The notes under the pieces are model-generated. The model made no database searches, was not told the DNA's origin, and was given only the letters and a program-made list of their open reading frames with translations. A DNA stretch of 33,806 bases from contig DATBWJ010000100.1 of the NCBI GenBank assembly GCA_036514935.1, positions 1-33,806 of the forward strand, read 5' to 3'. Origin of the DNA: Xanthobacteraceae bacterium. GTDB lineage: Bacteria; Pseudomonadota; Alphaproteobacteria; Rhizobiales; Xanthobacteraceae. Below, one piece after another: positions 18,386-26,482 of the stretch (position 1 is the stretch's first letter; each line of letters starts with the position of its first letter). The position numbers and the translations under genes were made by a program.

Positions 18386-18399
18386 TTGATCTTCGTCAA
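18386..18399 (-). promoter_or_regulatory. FixK/FNR-type box TTGATCTTCGTCAA (serves the minus-strand USP)
   Basis: Exact consensus match 51 nt upstream of the USP start at 18335. Confidence 0.65.
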
Positions 18400-18441
18400 C
18401 CTTGCGCCGACGCATTGAGCGGCGTGATCGGGCGGGCGGAT

Positions 18442-18455
18442 TTGAGGAAACTCAA
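18442..18455 (+). promoter_or_regulatory. Variant FixK/FNR-type box TTGAGGAAACTCAA (serves the plus-strand USP)
   Basis: Perfect dyad TTGAG-N4-CTCAA, 61 nt upstream of the ATG at 18516. Deviates from the other boxes at the fifth position of each half-site. Confidence 0.45.
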
Positions 18456-18515
18456 TTACCACCCACGCCGGTTCAATTAGAACTACCGAACACAAAGACC
18501 GCCGAAGGAGCGATC

Positions 18516-19346
18516 ATGATCAAGGACATCCTCGTCAACCTGTCGCCGGGAGACGCGCGCGATCCCGCCGCCGATTACGCGATTTCGCTGGCGGGGCTGA
18601 CACAGGCGCACCTCGCCGGCATCGCGTTCAGAATCGACCCGGCTGCAACCCCCGGCCCCTTTCCCATGTTCTCCGGCAAGATCATCGAGGCGGCGGTCCA
18701 CGAGCACCAGGAAGCGGTCAACCAGGCGATCGAGCGCTTCACGCACGCCGCGCGCGTCGCCGGCGTGTCTCACGAATGCATGACGCATGCCGCGTCGCTT
18801 ATTAGCGCCGCCGACACCTTGGGCCGAACCGGCCGCCGGTTCGACCTCATGGTCGTCGGCCAGCCGGTGCCGAAAACGATCGTGACCGAGGACCTCATGG
18901 TCCAGGCCGCGCTGTTTGACTCGGGGCGGCCGCTGATCGTCGTGCCCTATATCCAGCGCGCTGGAGCCAAGTTCGATCGCGTGGCCGTGTGCTGGGACGG
19001 CAGCCGCTCGGCAGCGCGCGCGATCGCCGACGCCTTGCCGCTGCTCGGCCGGGCGGCAGCGATCGACCTCGTCATCGTCACCGACGAACCGTTGAAGAGC
19101 GACGACGTCCCGGGCGCCGATATCGCGCAGCATCTTGCGCGCCACGATCTCCCCATGAATGTCTGCCGGATCGGTCACGGAGAGATCGATGTCGGAAACA
19201 CTATCCTGAATTTCGTCGCTGACCATTCCATCGATTTCCTTGTCATGGGCGGATACGGGCACTCGCGCCTGCGCGAGCGCGTGTTCGGCGGCGTCACGCA
19301 GACCATGCTGATGTCGATGACCGTGCCCACGCTGATGTCGCATTGA
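18516..19346 (+). CDS. Tandem-domain universal stress protein (UspA family)
   Basis: ATG at 18516 preceded by GAAGGAG. MIKDILVNLSPGD start. Ends DFLVMGGYGHSRLRERVFGGVTQTMLMSMTVPTLMSH. Confidence 0.85.
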   Translation: MIKDILVNLSPGDARDPAADYAISLAGLTQAHLAGIAFRIDPAATPGPFPMFSGKIIEAAVHEHQEAVNQAIERFTHAARVAGVSHECMTHAASLISAADTLGRTGRRFDLMVVGQPVPKTIVTEDLMVQAALFDSGRPLIVVPYIQRAGAKFDRVAVCWDGSRSAARAIADALPLLGRAAAIDLVIVTDEPLKSDDVPGADIAQHLARHDLPMNVCRIGHGEIDVGNTILNFVADHSIDFLVMGGYGHSRLRERVFGGVTQTMLMSMTVPTLMSH

Positions 19347-19393
19347 TGCGAAGCGGCCGCGCCGCGGCCGCGCCGCGTTCACGGAGACAGACC

Positions 19394-19792
19394 ATGCCGA
19401 ATTCACCGCCAAAATACGCCCAGCTTCCGCATGCATTTCGGCGGATCCGGATGGAGCTCGCGCGCGAGCGCGGACATCCGGAGGGCAGCAGCAAGGACGG
19501 CTACGAGCTGATCGCACCGCTCGATGAGCACGGGCGTATCGAGCCCACGCTCTGGCGCAAGTACCGGCACGCGTGCGGGGTCAGGCGCTTCCGGGCCGGA
19601 CAGGACGACGAGCTTGGGCACCTCGTGCGCCGGCGCGGGGGTTGGGCGTTCCATTATGACGAGTTGGGGGAGGAGGAGGACGAGACCGGCTATCGCTTCG
19701 AGAGCGAGCGTTTCGAGGTCGGCGAGTACGTTTCGATCCAGGAAGGGGCGGTGCAACACACTTATCGCGTCGTGGCGGTGGGCCCCGTGTAG
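19394..19792 (+). CDS. Hypothetical protein, 132 aa, no recognisable domain
   Basis: ATG at 19394 preceded by ACGGAGA. High third-position GC, like its neighbours. 47 nt downstream of the USP gene, so probably co-transcribed. Contains the acidic stretch DELGEEEDETGY. Confidence 0.55.
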   Translation: MPNSPPKYAQLPHAFRRIRMELARERGHPEGSSKDGYELIAPLDEHGRIEPTLWRKYRHACGVRRFRAGQDDELGHLVRRRGGWAFHYDELGEEEDETGYRFESERFEVGEYVSIQEGAVQHTYRVVAVGPV

Positions 19793-19813
19793 GTATCGCC
19801 GCGCGCAGCACCG

Positions 19814-20140
19814 TCAGTTCAGCGTCCTCAGGAACTCGATGAAATCCTGGATCTGGTCGGGCTCGAACCGGAACTCGGGCATTCCGGAGTGACCGGTCAC
19901 GATGCCTTCCGCCAGCGGTTCCTCCAGGCTCTCCAGCGGATAGCGTTGGTGCAGCGTGCGGAAGGGCGGAGCGATCTTGAGCGGACTTTCGCCGACCTTG
20001 TCGATGGCATGACATCGCGCGCAATGGGTCCGCGCAAGGGTGAGCCCGCGCTGCGCGCCGGGCGAGGCGGCGCCGACCTCAGCCGCGGCGAACGCGAAGA
20101 GGGCGGCTGCAATCATGAGGCGCATCGCAGGAATCTTCAT
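19814..20140 (-). CDS. Small class I c-type cytochrome with signal peptide
   Basis: 108 aa. Signal peptide MRLMIAAALFAFAAAEVGAA. Single heme-binding motif CARCH. Distal Met candidate in GHSGMPEF. Confidence 0.8.
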   Translation of the reverse strand: MKIPAMRLMIAAALFAFAAAEVGAASPGAQRGLTLARTHCARCHAIDKVGESPLKIAPPFRTLHQRYPLESLEEPLAEGIVTGHSGMPEFRFEPDQIQDFIEFLRTLN

Positions 20141-20175
20141 GCGCGGCAGCGTGCACCGCGCGCCCGCGCCATCCC

Positions 20176-20189
20176 TTGATCGAGGTCAA
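20176..20189 (-). promoter_or_regulatory. FixK/FNR-type box TTGATCGAGGTCAA upstream of the cytochrome c gene
   Basis: Exact consensus match 36 nt upstream of the first ATG (20140). This implies a very short leader, or use of the second Met at 20125. Confidence 0.6.
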
Positions 20190-20217
20190 CGATCGCGGCT
20201 CGCGAGGCGCCGCTATT

Positions 20218-20610
20218 TCAATCGCGGTCCATTGTCCGACGGATACCGTCGAGCAGCGCGTCGCTCAGCAGCGGCTTCTCCACGATCGGCACGCCCTGGG
20301 CGGCGGCTGCCTCGCGCAGGACGGTGGTGGGGTGGCTAGTGATCAGGATGGCGGGCACCAATCCGCGCTCGGCCCGCAGCGCCAGGATGAGCTGCAGGCC
20401 GTTCATCCCCGGCAGGTGGTAATCGACGATGAAGCAAGCCTCCAGCGGCAAGTTGGCCTTGAGCGCCTGCGCCGCACTCGCGAAGGTCGAGACCTCGAAT
20501 CCTTCCACCTCCAACGAGAACTTGAGCGCCGAGCACACCGCCTGATCGTCGTCGATGACGATCACCGCGCGACGTTCGTCGCCGGTGGGAGGGGGTACTA
20601 GCATGCCCAT
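20218..20610 (-). CDS. Single-domain (orphan) response-regulator receiver protein
   Basis: Receiver fold VIVIDDDQAVCSALKFSLEVEGFEV...FIVDYHLPGMNGLQLI...ILITSH...IVEKP with no output domain. Start is uncertain: ATG at 20610 or 20604, or GTG at 20643. From memory, its position downstream of fixJ mirrors ORF138 of Bradyrhizobium japonicum. Confidence 0.75.
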   Translation of the reverse strand: MGMLVPPPTGDERRAVIVIDDDQAVCSALKFSLEVEGFEVSTFASAAQALKANLPLEACFIVDYHLPGMNGLQLILALRAERGLVPAILITSHPTTVLREAAAAQGVPIVEKPLLSDALLDGIRRTMDRD

Positions 20611-20679
20611 GCGCCTGAGGTCGTCCGGCAACGCGTAACTCACCGCAGCGAATGATGAGCAAGGGCGCAGACTTGCGCG

Positions 20680-20693
20680 TTGACGTAAGTCAA
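20680..20693 (-). promoter_or_regulatory. FixK/FNR-type box TTGACGTAAGTCAA upstream of the orphan receiver
   Basis: Exact consensus match in the gap between the fixJ stop (20714) and the receiver gene. Confidence 0.6.
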
Positions 20694-20713
20694 CCCGGCA
20701 AGGGGTAAAAAAC

Positions 20714-21337
20714 CTAGGCGTCCGGGCGCAAGGCGCCCGCGGTGAGCGTCATGCGGACCAGTTCCGAGAGGCTGTTCGCCTCCATCTTGGTCATGACGTT
20801 GGCGCGGTAGATTTCGACGGTTCGCGGGCTGATTCCGAGATCGAAGGCGATGACCTTGTTGGGGTGCCCTGCGACCAGCCCTTCCAGCACCTGCCGTTCG
20901 CGCGCCGACAGCAACGCGAGCCGGCTGTGGATCTGCGCCACGTCGGCCTCCCGTTGGGCATTCTTCTCGTGCTGGCCGACCGCCCGGCGCACGGAGGCCA
21001 GCAGCGTGTCGTCATCAAACGGCTTCTCGATGAAATCGATCGCGCCGGCCTTCATGGCTTCGACCGCGAGCGGAATATCGCCGTGGCCGGTGATCACGAT
21101 GACCGGCAGGGTAGGGACCACTGACTTGAGCTCGCGCAAGAGCTCGATGCCGCTCATGCCGGGCATTCGCACGTCCGTGACCACGCAGCCCGATATCGGC
21201 TTCGGCGCGTTCTTCAGGAAAGCGGCGGCCGAATCGTAGCTGCGGGCGTCCAACCCCGCGCTGGACAATAGAAAGGAAAGAGAATCCCGGAGCGCCTCGT
21301 CGTCGTCCACGACGTGCACAACGGCATTACCGCTCAT
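20714..21337 (-). CDS. fixJ: Two-component response regulator FixJ (receiver plus LuxR-type HTH)
   Basis: [14 protein letters not shown]...[16 protein letters not shown] receiver and C-terminal [43 protein letters not shown]. Overlaps the fixL stop by 11 nt. Confidence 0.9.
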   Translation of the reverse strand: MSGNAVVHVVDDDEALRDSLSFLLSSAGLDARSYDSAAAFLKNAPKPISGCVVTDVRMPGMSGIELLRELKSVVPTLPVIVITGHGDIPLAVEAMKAGAIDFIEKPFDDDTLLASVRRAVGQHEKNAQREADVAQIHSRLALLSARERQVLEGLVAGHPNKVIAFDLGISPRTVEIYRANVMTKMEANSLSELVRMTLTAGALRPDA

Positions 21338-22859
21338 CGCTCATCTCCTCGGACTTGACGCTGCGCAGAGTGAAACAGAACACGGCGCCGCCGCCCGCGT
21401 TCTGCTCGACCCAAATCCGCCCGCCATGTGCCTCCACGATGGTCTTCGAGATCGAAAGGCCGACGCCCATGCCATGCAGCTTGGTGGTGACGAATGGCTG
21501 AAAGAGTTGATCGGCGATTTCCTCGGCGATGCCGGGGCCGGTGTCGGAGACCTTCACGATCACGTGGTCCTCGTCGAGCTTGCTCGCGGACACCACAAGC
21601 TCGCGCCGCTGCGAGGTCTCCATGGCCTCGATGCCGTTGCGGATGAGATTGAGCAGCACCTGCTGGGCCTGAACCTTGTCGGCGAGCACCAGATCGACGT
21701 TGGGGTCGAGTTGAAAGCGGACATGAACGCCCCGCTCCTTGGCGCCCACCAGAGCCAGGGCGCCTGCCTCCTCGATGAGCTTGTTGAGGCTCTCGACTCG
21801 CCGCTCGGTTTCCCCGCGCGCCACGAAATCGCGCAGCCGGCGGATGATCTGGCCCGCGCGCAGCGCCTGTTCGGCCGCTTTGTCCATGGCCTGGCGGACC
21901 CGGGTCGCGGTCGCATCGGACTGGGTCTCCAATAGCCGCTGGGAGCCTTTGAGGTAATTGGCGATCGCCGACAGCGGCTGGTTGAGTTCGTGGGCAAGCG
22001 TGGAGGCCATCTCGCCCATGGCGGTCAGGCGCGAAATGTGCACGAGTTCGGACTGCAACTCCTGCAGCCGCGCCTCGGTCTTCTGCCGCTCGGTGAGGTC
22101 GCGGATAAAGCCGGTGAAATAGCGTCGCTCATTGGAGCGCATTTCCCCGACGGAAAGCTCGATCGGAAACGTCGCGCCGTCTTTGCGCTCGCCAACGACG
22201 ACGCGGCCAATCCCGATGATGCGCCGTTCGCCGGTCCTCTTGTAGCGCTCGATATAGCTGTCGTGATTGCCGCGATAGGGCAACGGCATCAGCAGCTTGA
22301 CGTTCTGGCCGATCATCTCGTCGGCGCCGTAGCCGAACAGGCGTTCGGCGGCGGTGCTGAAGGACTGGATGATCCCCCGTTCGTCGATCACGATCATGGC
22401 GTCGGGCACCGTGTCCAGGATCGACTTCAGGTGGGCCTCGCGGGCGAGAACCTCCTGATGGCTGACGCTCGCCTGCAGCGTCCGGCGGCGGAGGGTCTCG
22501 CCACCCCACGCGATGCCGGAGCCGATGACCGTGAAGGCGAGCCCGATGATGATCTCGACGCCGCGCAGCCCGCCGGCGGGGAAGAACGTGCTCGCCAGCG
22601 CTATGCTCAGGATCGTCGCCACGAAGCCGGGGCCGAAGCCGCCGAGCCCGCTCGCCACCAGCACTGCCGGTATGAACAGCAGGAAAGGCGCCTCGTGCCC
22701 GAGGCTGGGACCGAGCAGCGCGCGCGCGGCGAATGCCAGCACCACCATGCCGACCGCGAGGCCGTAGCGGGCGGCCGGCGATTTGAGCGGGCCGAGCGCC
22801 TGCCGAGCAAATCCTGACACGGCTTCAAGCGGCCGGGCCTGCGAGGTCAACTCAGCCAT
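21327..22859 (-). CDS. fixL: Oxygen-sensor histidine kinase FixL (membrane DUF4118-like module, heme-PAS, HisKA, HATPase)
   Basis: Heme-PAS region [31 protein letters not shown]...[51 protein letters not shown]-box [17 protein letters not shown]-boxes DTGPGI and GMGVGLSI. About four N-terminal TM segments. Confidence 0.9.
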   Translation of the reverse strand: MAELTSQARPLEAVSGFARQALGPLKSPAARYGLAVGMVVLAFAARALLGPSLGHEAPFLLFIPAVLVASGLGGFGPGFVATILSIALASTFFPAGGLRGVEIIIGLAFTVIGSGIAWGGETLRRRTLQASVSHQEVLAREAHLKSILDTVPDAMIVIDERGIIQSFSTAAERLFGYGADEMIGQNVKLLMPLPYRGNHDSYIERYKRTGERRIIGIGRVVVGERKDGATFPIELSVGEMRSNERRYFTGFIRDLTERQKTEARLQELQSELVHISRLTAMGEMASTLAHELNQPLSAIANYLKGSQRLLETQSDATATRVRQAMDKAAEQALRAGQIIRRLRDFVARGETERRVESLNKLIEEAGALALVGAKERGVHVRFQLDPNVDLVLADKVQAQQVLLNLIRNGIEAMETSQRRELVVSASKLDEDHVIVKVSDTGPGIAEEIADQLFQPFVTTKLHGMGVGLSISKTIVEAHGGRIWVEQNAGGGAVFCFTLRSVKSEEMSDER

Positions 22860-22952
22860 GCGCGGTCACGATCCGGATGATCCATCTGACGCCGTCGTGC
22901 CACCTACGTAATGCTCCCCAGACCAGCGGTCCAGCCGGGATCAACGGCGGGC

Positions 22953-22966
22953 TTGATCTGCGTCAA
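22953..22966 (+). promoter_or_regulatory. FixK/FNR-type box TTGATCTGCGTCAA upstream of fixN
   Basis: Exact consensus match 88 nt upstream of the fixN ATG, in the fixL-fixN divergent gap. Confidence 0.75.
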
Positions 22967-23053
22967 TCCGCCTTTCGGGGCGATCGTACACAAAATCGCG
23001 CACCAAGCGCGCGCCCTCGGCGCGCCTCCCAACGACGCGCGAAGGCTCAAGGA

Positions 23054-24703
23054 ATGTCGCCGGCGAGCTTGTCGTCCAAGAGCATGACCATTGGCGAGGG
23101 CGGCACCGCTCTCGCGCTCACCGCGCTGGCCTTTCTCTCGCTCCTAGTCGCGGCCAAGGCACATACCGCGGAATACGCTTTTCATGCCTATCTGTTCGCC
23201 ATCGCGGGCGCCGCCGGCGCGATTGCCATTGTCAACAGGTATTTTGAGCGCCCCGCGCAGCCACCGCCGCTGTTGATCGCGGGCAAGCCCAACTACAACA
23301 TGGGCGCGGTCAAGTTCGCCACGATCGCGGCGGTTTTCTGGGGCCTCGCCGGCTTTGCCGTCGGCCTGTGGGCCGCCCTCGAACTCGCCTACCCGGCGCT
23401 CAACTTGGACCTGCCGTGGATATCGTTCGGGCGCATCCGCCCCCTGCATACGTCAGCCGTCATCTTCGCCTTCGGCGGCAATACCCTGCTCGCCACCTCG
23501 TTCTACGTGGTTCAGCGCACCTCGCGCGCCCGCCTGGCCGGCGAGATCGCACCTTGGTTCGTGGTGCTCGGCTACAACTTCTTCATCGTCATTGCCGGCA
23601 CCGGCTACCTGCTCGGCATCACGCAGTCCAAGGAATATGCCGAGCCAGAGTGGTACGCGGACCTGTGGCTCACGGTCGTGTGGGTCGTCTATCTCCTGGT
23701 CTATCTCGGCACGCTCATGCGGCGCAGCGAGCCGCACATCTACGTCGCCAACTGGTTCTATCTCGCCTTCATCCTCACCATCGCGGTGCTGCATCTCGGC
23801 AACAACGCCGCCATCCCGGTCTCGCTGTTCTCGCCCAAGTCCTACATCGTGTGGGCCGGCGTCCAAGACGCCATGGTGCAATGGTGGTACGGCCACAACG
23901 CGGTCGGCTTCTTCCTCACTGCCGGCTTTCTTGGCCTCATGTATTATTTCATCCCCAAGCGAGCGGAGCGGCCGGTCTATTCCTACCGGCTGTCGGTCGT
24001 CCACTTCTGGGCGCTCATCTTCCTCTATATCTGGGCGGGCCCGCATCACCTCCATTACACCGCCCTGCCCGACTGGGCGCAGACGCTCGGCATGACGTTT
24101 TCGGTGATGCTGTGGATGCCGTCCTGGGGCGGCATGATCAACGGCCTGATGACGCTGTCCGGGGCGTGGGACAAGCTGCGCACGGACCCGGTGCTGCGCA
24201 TGTTGGTGGTGTCGGTCGCCTTCTACGGCATGTCGACCTTCGAGGGGCCGCTGATGTCGGTGAAGTCGGTCAACTCGCTGTCGCACTACACCGACTGGAC
24301 GATTGGTCACGTGCATTCCGGCGCGCTCGGCTGGGTCGGCTACATTTCCTTCGGCGCGATCTATTGCCTGGTGCCGTGGCTGTGGAACCGGGACCTCTAT
24401 TCGCTGCGGCTGGTGAGCTGGCACTTCTGGATCTCGACGATCGGCATCGTGCTGTACATCTCGGCGATGTGGGTGTCGGGCATCCTGCAGGGTCTGATGT
24501 GGCGCGCCTATACCAAGCTCGGCTTTCTCGAATACTCGTTCGTCGAGACCGTGGAGGCGATGCATCCCTTCTACGTCATCCGCGCGCTCGGCGGCTTGCT
24601 GTTCCTGGCCGGGGCGCTGATCATGGTGTGGAACGTGTGGAAGACCATCAGCACCGCATCAACCGCGCGGGCGGGCGAACTTGCGCCTGCGCCGGCGCAG
24701 TGA
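23054..24703 (+). CDS. fixN: cbb3-type cytochrome c oxidase subunit I
   Basis: ATG at 23054 preceded by AAGGA. 549-aa polytopic heme-copper oxidase subunit (ORF 22877..24703). Followed by fixO, fixQ and fixP. Confidence 0.92.
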   Translation: MSPASLSSKSMTIGEGGTALALTALAFLSLLVAAKAHTAEYAFHAYLFAIAGAAGAIAIVNRYFERPAQPPPLLIAGKPNYNMGAVKFATIAAVFWGLAGFAVGLWAALELAYPALNLDLPWISFGRIRPLHTSAVIFAFGGNTLLATSFYVVQRTSRARLAGEIAPWFVVLGYNFFIVIAGTGYLLGITQSKEYAEPEWYADLWLTVVWVVYLLVYLGTLMRRSEPHIYVANWFYLAFILTIAVLHLGNNAAIPVSLFSPKSYIVWAGVQDAMVQWWYGHNAVGFFLTAGFLGLMYYFIPKRAERPVYSYRLSVVHFWALIFLYIWAGPHHLHYTALPDWAQTLGMTFSVMLWMPSWGGMINGLMTLSGAWDKLRTDPVLRMLVVSVAFYGMSTFEGPLMSVKSVNSLSHYTDWTIGHVHSGALGWVGYISFGAIYCLVPWLWNRDLYSLRLVSWHFWISTIGIVLYISAMWVSGILQGLMWRAYTKLGFLEYSFVETVEAMHPFYVIRALGGLLFLAGALIMVWNVWKTISTASTARAGELAPAPAQ

Positions 24704-24710
24704 GGCGTCC

Positions 24711-25445
24711 ATGTCGCTGTGGTCGAAACACGCCGTCTTCGAGAAGAACTCGATCGCACTTGTGATCGGCATTCTCATCGTCGTGGCGATCGGCGGGCTC
24801 GTCGAGATCGCCCCGCTGTTCTACCTCAGGAGCACGATCGAGGCAGCCGAAGGCGTGCGGCCCTATACGCCGCTCGAACTCGCCGGCCGCAACATCTATG
24901 TCCGCGAGGGCTGCTACAACTGCCACTCGCAGATGATCCGGCCGCTGCGCGACGAGGTCGAGCGCTACGGCCACTACTCGCTGGCGGCGGAAAGCATGTA
25001 CGACCGGCCGTTCCAGTGGGGTTCTAAGCGCACCGGCCCCGATCTCGCGCGCGTGGGCGGCAAGTACTCGGACGACTGGCATCGCGACCACCTGCGCGAT
25101 CCGAAGTCGGTGGTGCCCGGCACGGTGATGCCGGCCTACTCCTGGCTCGCGCGGAGCGACCTCGATTTCGCGCACATCAAGGACGACCTGCGGGTGCAGG
25201 CGCGCCTCGGCGTACCCTACAGCGCGCAGATGATCGACAACGCGCTCACCGACCTGGTGGCGCAGGCGTTGGCGGATCATCCCGGCGCCGCCGATCTCAT
25301 CAAGCGCTATCCCAAAACCCAGGCGCGCGACTACGACGGCAACCCCGGCCGCATCACGGAGGCCGATGCGCTCATCGCCTATCTGCAGATGCTGGGCACG
25401 CACGTCGACTTCAAGCTCTACAATGACAAGGCCAATATGCGATGA
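24711..25445 (+). CDS. fixO: cbb3-type cytochrome c oxidase monoheme subunit II
   Basis: 244 aa. N-terminal TM anchor. Single CYNCH heme motif. Confidence 0.92.
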   Translation: MSLWSKHAVFEKNSIALVIGILIVVAIGGLVEIAPLFYLRSTIEAAEGVRPYTPLELAGRNIYVREGCYNCHSQMIRPLRDEVERYGHYSLAAESMYDRPFQWGSKRTGPDLARVGGKYSDDWHRDHLRDPKSVVPGTVMPAYSWLARSDLDFAHIKDDLRVQARLGVPYSAQMIDNALTDLVAQALADHPGAADLIKRYPKTQARDYDGNPGRITEADALIAYLQMLGTHVDFKLYNDKANMR

Positions 25446-25600
25446 CCGACGCGACCTACCGGATGCTTGCCGAGTTCGCTCAGACCTGGGGCCTGGTGTA
25501 CTTCGTCGTCGTCTTCCTGCTCGTCCTCGCCTACGCGCTGTGGCCGTCGCGCAAGCGCTACTTCGAGGAGGCGGCGCGCATTCCGCTGCGGGAGGACTGA
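25442..25600 (+). CDS. fixQ: cbb3-type oxidase small subunit FixQ/CcoQ
   Basis: Not in the ORF track (52 aa). ATG overlaps the fixO stop as [56 protein letters not shown] has a single TM followed by the WPSRK-type motif. Confidence 0.8.
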   Translation: MTDATYRMLAEFAQTWGLVYFVVVFLLVLAYALWPSRKRYFEEAARIPLRED

Positions 25601-25601
25601 A

Positions 25602-26480
25602 ATGGCGGGCGAACTGAGGCCGCAGCTCGATGCACACACCGGTACGCCCACGACCGGTCACGAATGGGACGGCGTGCGCGAGCTCAACACGCCGCTGCCG
25701 CGCTGGTGGCTGTGGCTGTTCTACCTCACCATCGTCTGGGCGATCGGCTACTGGATCGTCTATCCATCCTGGCCGCTCGTCACCTCCTACACGCGCGGCG
25801 TGTTCGGCTGGCATTCGCGCGAGGCGGTGGTCGAGGATCTGCGGCGCCTCAAGGCGCAGCGCGGACCCATGATGGACAAGCTCGCCGAGGCCTCGCTCGC
25901 CGAGATCGCCGCCGACCCGCTGCTCCTCGATTTCGCGCGCGCGGTCGGCAAGCCCGCGTTCGCCGACAACTGCGCGCCCTGTCATGGGGCCGGCGGCGGC
26001 GGCGCCCGCGGCTATCCCAATTTGAACGACGACGAATGGCTGTGGGGCGGCAAGCTCGACGACATCGCCAAGACCATTCGCCATGGCATACGCTCGGCCG
26101 ACGAGCGGGGACACCAGGGCAACATGCCGGCGCTCGGACGCGACGGCGTCCTCAAGCGCGATGAGATCGCGGCCGTCGCCGACTTTGTGCGCTCGCTGTC
26201 GAGCCTGCCCACGCCCAACGCCGATCTCGCGCGCGGCGAGAAGCTGTTCGCCGACAATTGCGCGGCCTGTCACGGGCCCGACGGCAAGGGCAACCGCGAG
26301 ATCGGCGCGCCCAACCTCGCCGACGCCATCTGGCTCTACGGTGGGAGCAAGGACGCCATCATCGACGGCATTTTCAACGGGCGCGGCGGTTCCATGCCGG
26401 CGTGGGCGGGCCGCCTCGACGAGACCACCATCAAGGCGCTCGCCGTCTACGTGCATGGCTTCGGCGGGGGCGAGAAGTAG
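25602..26480 (+). CDS. fixP: cbb3-type cytochrome c oxidase diheme subunit III
   Basis: ATG 1 nt after the fixQ stop. TM anchor LPRWWLWLFYLTIVWAIGYWIVYP. Two heme motifs, CAPCH and CAACH. Confidence 0.92.
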   Translation: MAGELRPQLDAHTGTPTTGHEWDGVRELNTPLPRWWLWLFYLTIVWAIGYWIVYPSWPLVTSYTRGVFGWHSREAVVEDLRRLKAQRGPMMDKLAEASLAEIAADPLLLDFARAVGKPAFADNCAPCHGAGGGGARGYPNLNDDEWLWGGKLDDIAKTIRHGIRSADERGHQGNMPALGRDGVLKRDEIAAVADFVRSLSSLPTPNADLARGEKLFADNCAACHGPDGKGNREIGAPNLADAIWLYGGSKDAIIDGIFNGRGGSMPAWAGRLDETTIKALAVYVHGFGGGEK

Positions 26481-26482
26481 CG

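Noticed and set aside
16576-18495. 639-aa minus-strand ORF spanning the LOG and USP loci
   Set aside because: It overlaps the LOG gene in antisense and the USP gene out of frame. It has low-complexity Arg-rich sequence and no motifs.
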